Virus record (IMG/VR): IMGVR_UViG_3300033407_000050
Span: 1-40,079 of that record
Reading direction: 5' to 3' (one strand)
Source: a virus
Lineage: Duplodnaviria > Caudoviricetes
Length of the DNA: 40,079 nt
Shown here: piece by piece, positions 34,289 to 40,079 of the stretch
Layout: the number at the start of each line of letters is the position of its first letter
Numbering within the stretch: position 1 is the first letter of the stretch
The notes under the pieces: generated by a model
What the model was told of the DNA's origin: nothing
The model's database searches: none
The model's input: only the letters and a program-made list of their open reading frames with translations
Program-made: the position numbers and the translations under genes

Positions 34289-34548
34289 GATTCTGACTCC
34301 TCCCCCTTCATCCAGGCCACGCCACGTTCCATTGATCCGAGCTCCCACCCATCCGACATCCATGGGTGATTACTCTTTTGCAGGGCCTCCTTGCATTCAG
34401 GGTGCTCGTAGCCGTAGTTAAAATCGCCCTCGAACATCCAAGCGGCCTTGAATGCGCGCGAGCCAACGTCTATCAACTCATTACACCATGAGCAGTGGTG
34501 AGGCTTGCGGGTGGCTTTGACTTCAGTGTGTCCAAAATGCTGGCTCAT
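34282..34548 (-). CDS. Zn-finger-like protein (88 aa)
   Basis: RKPHHCSWC...HPEC. Confidence 0.7.
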   Translation of the reverse strand: MSQHFGHTEVKATRKPHHCSWCNELIDVGSRAFKAAWMFEGDFNYGYEHPECKEALQKSNHPWMSDGWELGSMERGVAWMKGEESESW

Positions 34549-34925
34549 ACCGCTCTCCCCTCCTCTATAATCCGCTCCGACACCCACCTCGAAACGTGCG
34601 CCTGTATCACCGCCATAAACGCGTCAAGCGACCGCACGATAACATACTCAAACCCAGCCCGCTCGACTAGCTGCTGCCAGGCCTTTTGCGTCTTCTGCTG
34701 CCTGCCGGATGGCGTCTTTACCTCGATTAGCAGCGTGTGTCCAAGGCTCAGGAATACTAGGTCGGCGACTCCAGCACGAACGCCGGTCGCTTTAAGGATG
34801 CGGCCCGTCGCTGCAGTGCGGGCTCCTCCGTTTGGCACTGCGAATAACAAACCCCGGAGCTTGGGGTATCGGAGGTCGAACCAGCGGACCATTGAGGACT
34901 GTAGGCGGTCTTCGGCGGATTTCAC
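34545..34925 (-). CDS. VRR-NUC domain nuclease (Holliday-junction resolvase-like)
   Basis: E..LQ, VPNGG, GV.DL and IEVK...Q...Q motifs. Confidence 0.88.
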   Translation of the reverse strand: MKSAEDRLQSSMVRWFDLRYPKLRGLLFAVPNGGARTAATGRILKATGVRAGVADLVFLSLGHTLLIEVKTPSGRQQKTQKAWQQLVERAGFEYVIVRSLDAFMAVIQAHVSRWVSERIIEEGRAV

Positions 34926-35188
34926 TTGGAGTCCTCCTCCAATTCCTCTTCCGCTGCCAACTGCTCGCCTAGCATTTCGCTCGCTGACAATAGCAGAGAT
35001 GTCTCAGCGCGCGATCGCGTAGTGCAGACGGCTTGCGCTTGCATCACGTAAAAGCGTTCGCCGACGCGATTAAAATCTAGTCCAGCTAAACGCTCGGCTT
35101 CCTTGATCGCCGAATCCCAATTGTCATGCCTTACGGTCGGATTGCCGCCTGTTGGGCTCCAGACGATCCAGAATTCTTGCTCGTTCAT
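34922..35188 (-). CDS. Conserved phage hypothetical protein (88 aa)
   Basis: FWIVW...PT.RH...A..EAERLA pattern. Confidence 0.7.
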   Translation of the reverse strand: MNEQEFWIVWSPTGGNPTVRHDNWDSAIKEAERLAGLDFNRVGERFYVMQAQAVCTTRSRAETSLLLSASEMLGEQLAAEEELEEDSK

Positions 35189-35472
35189 TTCTCCTCCTCC
35201 AATTCCGCAATCCGCTTCTTGAGCTTGGTGATCTGGCCTTTGGCTGCGGAGAGCCTGCGAATAAGCCACGCTTCGGTTTCTATCGCGCGGCTGCAAGTCT
35301 GCTTATAGAAATTGCTTTGCGACTCCAAGCGCTCCTTGTCCTTCGCCATCATCTCGCAGGCGTCGGCGATGCGTAAGAGTGCACCAGTTTTGAGTTCGCT
35401 TTGATCAAACCCTCTGCCTTTTTCGCAATGGTAATCCTCGCGGGACTCGACTCTGTATGATGCTAGGCTCAT
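35185..35472 (-). CDS. Hypothetical coiled-coil protein (95 aa)
   Basis: GALLRIADACE...KGQITKLK; overlap-coupled. Confidence 0.7.
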   Translation of the reverse strand: MSLASYRVESREDYHCEKGRGFDQSELKTGALLRIADACEMMAKDKERLESQSNFYKQTCSRAIETEAWLIRRLSAAKGQITKLKKRIAELEEEK

Positions 35473-35771
35473 CGCACCCCACCCCCATTCACCCCGCGAT
35501 GCCGGAGCAGCTGAGCGCGCGACCGGCACAGGCTGACGTTCTCGGCTCGCAGCCGCTGATTGGTTTCCGCCATGCGGGCCAATGCCTTGATCTGCGATTC
35601 GATGGTCGATCTCTGGCGATCGGCGAGTGCCTGCAGCCTCGCGACCTTCTGCTCGTTGCGCAGCCAGCCTGTAATCGCTAGGCGGATACGGCGGGCAAGG
35701 CCTGGGCGTGGGAGGCGGCGGGAGACGGGGGCGTCTAGGTCGTGGGTGTTGGTTATGGTGATTGTGTGCAT
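35469..35771 (-). CDS. Hypothetical coiled-coil protein (100 aa)
   Basis: AC-rich leader; stop overlaps the next start. Confidence 0.6.
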   Translation of the reverse strand: MHTITITNTHDLDAPVSRRLPRPGLARRIRLAITGWLRNEQKVARLQALADRQRSTIESQIKALARMAETNQRLRAENVSLCRSRAQLLRHRGVNGGGVR

Positions 35772-35783
35772 GGTGGTGGATGG

Positions 35784-36383
35784 TTAGGCGCGGATCGGCA
35801 TCAGGAGCCCGCACCCATAGCGGAAGCGAAAGAGCAGCGGCATGAGTGGCTGCGGGTCGCCCTCGTATGCAAAACCAGGAAGGCCCGCGATGAGGTTGAT
35901 ATAAAAGCGGCCGACGTAATAAGGGCGCTCGACGGTCGGTAGACGGAAAGGTTCAGTAGAATCGTTTCGCGGATCATAGCCAGGAAACCCGAACTCGCCC
36001 CGACCGTCGCACTTGCTGCAGTCGCGCTCGTGTCCGCATTCGCAGCACTCGATTAACCCTTCGCCGTTGCATTCCTGGCACGGCTTGAGATTGCCCTCTT
36101 CGCGGGGCTCGTGTTTCGGCAGCTCAAAATCGACCGTGCGCCATAACGTGGGGTCGCTTGCCAGTTTCGAATTAGCAGAGCTACCGACAACCCCAAGGTA
36201 TTGCTCCCGAACTCCAGCGATAGCGTTTGCCAGCCGGATATAAACACGCCCATCTGTCGCGCAAGTGTGGCCGTTCTCACTGAATGGAGTCGCTATCTTT
36301 CCGCGGGCTGGATCTGGCGAGCAAAACGGCTGCAGTAGTTCGAGCAGCTCGGCGTCTGTAATCTTTTCGGTTTCGGTATTCAT
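35784..36383 (-). CDS. Protein with beta-clamp-like ATDG motif and inserted CxxCxGxG zinc finger (199 aa)
   Basis: ATDGR motif, four CxxC pairs, GLLMPIR ending. Confidence 0.65.
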   Translation of the reverse strand: MNTETEKITDAELLELLQPFCSPDPARGKIATPFSENGHTCATDGRVYIRLANAIAGVREQYLGVVGSSANSKLASDPTLWRTVDFELPKHEPREEGNLKPCQECNGEGLIECCECGHERDCSKCDGRGEFGFPGYDPRNDSTEPFRLPTVERPYYVGRFYINLIAGLPGFAYEGDPQPLMPLLFRFRYGCGLLMPIRA

Positions 36384-36457
36384 ATTTCGGTTTCTCAAAG
36401 TGGTGCTGCCGCCCGTACCCCTACAGGCGGCAGCGGTTTCTCCTCCTGATGTGAGCG

Positions 36458-38512
36458 CTAGGCGCTCAAAGTCTCCTCGGGTTGAGGCTGCATTTGCTCG
36501 GCTACCATAAACGACTGAAACCGCACGGTATCGTTGTATTCCGGCGAGCGGAAAAGCCCGTCGCCCTTGCCTGAGAGCGATTCCGCACCGTCCTCATCGA
36601 GCACGACTCGCGAGTCGATGGCCTTCGGTACACGAAAGCATACCTGAACCGGAAAGTTCGCCTTGGCGTCGCCCGTAATCACTTTGACCGATGCGCGCTG
36701 AGTCGCGGCGATGATGCGCAATCCGCAAGAGCGGCCCTTCTGGAGCAGTATCTTCAGGTTCTCCTCAAGCGATTTCTCGTAGCCTATAACTTTCCCTTCA
36801 CCGTCTCGGATCGCCAATTCCTTGCCTTTCCGTGACTGCGCTACCGCGTCGGCGAATTCATCGAAAACCACGAGAGTATTCAAAACCTGTCCACGCTCGA
36901 CGGCCGCGTTCATCTCGTTAACAAGATCGGCCATTCGACTTTCAATCCCATCGATATCATTCACCGATCCGAACTCGCGGAATTCATACTTCGGATCAAA
37001 TAGCTCGATCCGCCATCCGCCAAGCGCTCTCACGCTCTCGATGATCGAGCGGATATGGACGCTCTTGCCGCTGCCGGTCGCCCCGCAAACGAGCATGTGC
37101 GGAGTCGATGGGTTGCCCATGTCCCACGTCACCAGCTCGCCAAAGTTATCAAACCCCATTGGGATCTCCAGCGAGCCTTTTTCGATATGCTCACGGCTCC
37201 AATACAAGGGCTCGCGTTGCGATTGGTCCTTGTTCGCGTCGATGGCCACGTAGGAGCGGCCATTGTAGACCGAAAGCTTTTGGCCAATGCGGATCGATTC
37301 GAGGTTGAGCGCGTTCGCAATATCGAGCCGAAACTTGAAGATGTCGTTGATGCGACGCCCGTTCTGGAGTTCAAGTAGGTAGGTCTCACTGCTGTATCCG
37401 CTCAGGCAGTGCTCGACCTTCACGGGCAGTCCGAGCGTCATTAGGCGGGTTTCGATTCGTTGGGATGGTGTCATGTCCTCTATGGATGCGTAGCTTATGA
37501 AGCGGTTCGCTTCGGTTTTGAATTTGGCGATGATCTGCGGATCGATCGCGGAAAGGTTCGAGTCGCGAATCTTTCGCGTCCGCTTGGCTAGTAGAGCGGA
37601 CTTCTCCGCGCTGATTTCCGGGTTGATGTCCTGGATCTCCTGCGTCTGCCATGCTATCCAGAAGTTGAGCAGCTCTGCCTTTTCCTCGCCCTGAATAAAC
37701 ATGTCATTCGGGTTGGCGAGATACACCTTATCGGGATCGCGAGCGGCGTTGTAGACTTCGCGAACGCCCTCATAAAGCAGGGCTTCGTACATGCGGCGAT
37801 TCTCCAAATTCAAAGGGATCGGCACCTTGCGAATCTGCGCCATGCCCGCGTTGGCGCCGCGCGAGTTCTGAGAGGTCTTGTTTTCGAAAAAGTTGAATAT
37901 CTCTACCGGCTCGCCTAGCGCCTTTTCGATGCCTACGAGGTAGGTTACAGCCTGCCCTGAGTATTTGTAGATAACCTCGTCTTCGCTCGTGTAGCCATAG
38001 ACCGCCTTGTGATCGAGCACGGCCAACCTGCCGCCCTTGCTCCAGTAAACGAGATCGGGGACGAATACACAGGGGATGGGGATTCCGACGCCGTTAAGAG
38101 TAACGACTTCCTTGAATCGCTTATTGATAAACAGAATCTCGCCGATGTCCGCGAGGTAGGTGTCCACCTCTTCGAGAAAACTCTTGATCACAAAAGGAAG
38201 CTTGCCGGCCACGTGCTGAAATACGGCCTCGACGGTCGGCGTTGTGGCTCCGGTCTTGATGCGGTTGGCAGGCGTATTGTAAACCGCCTCCATGCCGACG
38301 CGCACCATCTCCTCCAGTGTGATCGAGCGGCCCTCTCTATGCAGCGCGAAGAAGGCTTGCAACGCCTCGTCGTAGCCGGTGCCGATCAGGGAGGATGGGG
38401 AGCTTTTATAGTCCTTGATTCCCGCGATGTAGGAGCGGCAGAAGGCGAGTTGGTTTCGCTGGTAGGTCTGCACCATCGAGTGCGACCAATGATCAATGAG
38501 GCAGTCGCTCAC
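36458..38512 (-). CDS. PD-(D/E)XK nuclease - FtsK/SpoIIIE ATPase fusion (684 aa)
   Basis: N-part: SHS..., PDLV...LDHK, Q...Y. C-part: FtsK alpha (DIANAL...IRI), PHMLVCGATGSGKS, VFDEFAD, GR..G, ATQR, DSRVVLD..GAE.L.GKGD. Confidence 0.88.
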   Translation of the reverse strand: MSDCLIDHWSHSMVQTYQRNQLAFCRSYIAGIKDYKSSPSSLIGTGYDEALQAFFALHREGRSITLEEMVRVGMEAVYNTPANRIKTGATTPTVEAVFQHVAGKLPFVIKSFLEEVDTYLADIGEILFINKRFKEVVTLNGVGIPIPCVFVPDLVYWSKGGRLAVLDHKAVYGYTSEDEVIYKYSGQAVTYLVGIEKALGEPVEIFNFFENKTSQNSRGANAGMAQIRKVPIPLNLENRRMYEALLYEGVREVYNAARDPDKVYLANPNDMFIQGEEKAELLNFWIAWQTQEIQDINPEISAEKSALLAKRTRKIRDSNLSAIDPQIIAKFKTEANRFISYASIEDMTPSQRIETRLMTLGLPVKVEHCLSGYSSETYLLELQNGRRINDIFKFRLDIANALNLESIRIGQKLSVYNGRSYVAIDANKDQSQREPLYWSREHIEKGSLEIPMGFDNFGELVTWDMGNPSTPHMLVCGATGSGKSVHIRSIIESVRALGGWRIELFDPKYEFREFGSVNDIDGIESRMADLVNEMNAAVERGQVLNTLVVFDEFADAVAQSRKGKELAIRDGEGKVIGYEKSLEENLKILLQKGRSCGLRIIAATQRASVKVITGDAKANFPVQVCFRVPKAIDSRVVLDEDGAESLSGKGDGLFRSPEYNDTVRFQSFMVAEQMQPQPEETLSA

Positions 38513-39156
38513 AGCAGGTCCTTCCCTTCGGATTCGTTGGACTGCTTCAACTCAGCAACCTTCTTTTTGGCTTCAGCGACGGATTGCTCCACTGGTTTCG
38601 CTCTCTCGACCAGCTCCTCTTCCGTGTAATCGGCCAGCTCCTCAGTGGTCCGAAAACCCTTGAGTACGTCGCCGAACTGGTCGCGCAGAAGGAACCCACG
38701 CGCCCGGAACATGAGCATGCGCTTCGGGTACTGCTTCCATGGTCCGGCCTTGTCCCAGAGCCCCGCCGTCTTGGCGTCCTTGACGGTAAACGTCTCTGTC
38801 GCGGGCTCGAAGTTGCGGCGCTTGACGGTGACCTTTACGCCCTTCTCGTCGCCCTCGCCTACGATTTCCTCCTTGTACTGCTCAAGCAGTCCGGAGGCTC
38901 GTACGACGGCAAGAGCGGCATCGCCATAAATGCCAGGGCGACCGTTGATCACCGCGATATTTTGTAGGCCCGCGAGCGGAGGGAGTCCGAGCTCCATGCC
39001 GCACTGCAGGGCGATCAGCACGTCACCCGCGTTCTCAAACCCCTTGGGTTTAAACGGGCTCTTGGCGATGTATTCGGCGAGCTTTAGGGCGTCCTCGAAT
39101 GTCTTAATTTGGATGCCGTTTGATGCACTTAGCGCTAGCTGTGTGTCTGTACTCAT
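38509..39156 (-). CDS. recT: RecT/Red-beta-like single-strand annealing protein (215 aa)
   Basis: GMELGL.P, IAVINGRP and GPWKQYPKRML..RA motifs; upstream of the nuclease. Confidence 0.8.
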   Translation of the reverse strand: MSTDTQLALSASNGIQIKTFEDALKLAEYIAKSPFKPKGFENAGDVLIALQCGMELGLPPLAGLQNIAVINGRPGIYGDAALAVVRASGLLEQYKEEIVGEGDEKGVKVTVKRRNFEPATETFTVKDAKTAGLWDKAGPWKQYPKRMLMFRARGFLLRDQFGDVLKGFRTTEELADYTEEELVERAKPVEQSVAEAKKKVAELKQSNESEGKDLL

Positions 39157-39182
39157 TGTCTGTATTCGGTTTTCGGTTACTC

Positions 39183-39710
39183 TTAGAAATTCAGGGTTAC
39201 GTGCGTTATGTGTCCGCCCTCGATGGCGGCGACTACCAACAACGCCTCTTCGGTGCTGATCTCGCGGGGCAATCCACTGGATGGAGCGGTGAAATCCTCT
39301 GCCGCCTCTAGTCTCACCCGCTTACGATGCTCCTCACTCGCCGCCTTCGCATCCGCCAACTCCTTGGCTTTGCGCGCTTCGTATGCCGCCTGAGCCGCGA
39401 TACGCTCCGCTTCGGCGGCGACCTTCGCCTGCTCGGCTTCGATGCGGTCCCGCTCGCTAGTCACCTTGGTAACGATAGCGCGGTGCTGCTCGACTGAGGC
39501 GTTGGCCAGCTTGACCAAATGCGTCTTGGCCTGGCTGACCTTGTACGCTTGGCTCTTGAGTTGCTCGCGGCCAACGCGGGTTTCAGGATCGGCTACCAGC
39601 GAGAGCGCTTCCTCGCGGATGCGGCTGATTAGGGGGTCAACGCTGTTCGCGTCGAATACAGTTAGGTCGCTGATTAGCTCCAGCGAGAGAGCGGTTTCTG
39701 TGGTACTCAT
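39183..39710 (-). CDS. Phage coiled-coil protein (175 aa); present only in the right-end allele
   Basis: GREQLKSQAYKVSQAKT and I..G.I.HV ending typical of a common phage early family. Confidence 0.75.
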   Translation of the reverse strand: MSTTETALSLELISDLTVFDANSVDPLISRIREEALSLVADPETRVGREQLKSQAYKVSQAKTHLVKLANASVEQHRAIVTKVTSERDRIEAEQAKVAAEAERIAAQAAYEARKAKELADAKAASEEHRKRVRLEAAEDFTAPSSGLPREISTEEALLVVAAIEGGHITHVTLNF

Positions 39711-39780
39711 TGTATCGGTTTCTTGGATTTCAGTTTGTCTAAAATGCGCTCCAGTCGGAGGAGCAGGTAGCGGAGGGCGG

Positions 39781-40065
39781 CTAGCATTGGGTCGAGAGTT
39801 CGGCCTCCAGCTCGGCGACCCTGGCTTTGGCTTCGGCGAGTTCGCGTTGTTTGACTGTCGCGGGATCGATCAAGGAGGCCCTTGCTATAAGCTCTGCAAG
39901 TGATTCGGCGTCTACGGAGTCAAATCCGGTGCTTGCGTAAAACGTCACCCCGCTGCCATGGCCTTCGTATACCGAGAAGTATTTCACTCCGAGCGGTTCG
40001 AGTTGGGCTTTCGCTTTCGCGACCCACCCCTTGACCTGCTCCTCCGTGGTTTCGGGCGTGTTCAC
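39781..40065 (-). CDS. Hypothetical protein (94 aa); allele of 426-713
   Basis: Near-identical protein with a different last few residues (STQC vs SGVES). Confidence 0.8.
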   Translation of the reverse strand: MNTPETTEEQVKGWVAKAKAQLEPLGVKYFSVYEGHGSGVTFYASTGFDSVDAESLAELIARASLIDPATVKQRELAEAKARVAELEAELSTQC

Positions 40066-40079
40066 GATTCCACCTCCTT

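Noticed and set aside
36458-37460. FtsK domain as packaging ATPase or conjugative coupling protein
   Set aside because: A canonical terminase and portal are present; no relaxase, T4SS genes or TM segments
426-40065. Diversity-generating retroelement (template/variable repeat pair from the duplicated gene)
   Set aside because: No reverse transcriptase seen; differences are mostly synonymous and not adenine-specific
39953-40079. Physical direct terminal repeat of the virion DNA
   Set aside because: The match is to internal 601-727, is exactly 127 bp and lies mid-operon; better explained as an assembly overlap
1-40079. Stop-codon reassignment
   Set aside because: Core genes are full length in the standard code; TAA, TAG and TGA are all used as stops

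Overview
This window is an essentially complete temperate podovirus-type (P22-like) phage genome, almost all on the minus strand. The last 127 bp (39953-40079) are identical to 601-727, so 601-39952 closes a 39,352-bp circle. Bases 1-600 are an alternative allele of the same locus with different gene content. Modules from left to right: small early genes, Xis/Cro/CI-like switch, tyrosine integrase with a tRNA-3'-end attP, tailspike, three ejection proteins, tail/head-completion genes, coat, scaffold, portal, a membrane/secreted-protein block, terminase, HTH cassettes, replication genes, two DNA methyltransferases, Lar, VRR-NUC, and a recombination module. The three most unusual items are (1) a RecT-like annealase coupled to a single polypeptide fusing a PD-(D/E)XK nuclease to an FtsK motor, (2) a C5-cytosine methyltransferase apparently split over two fully overlapping reading frames, with a repeated WPTP module, and (3) a cupin-SET-domain fusion inside the virion gene cluster just before the ejection proteins. 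I recognised no endolysin. All family calls come from motifs read by eye; no database search was run.
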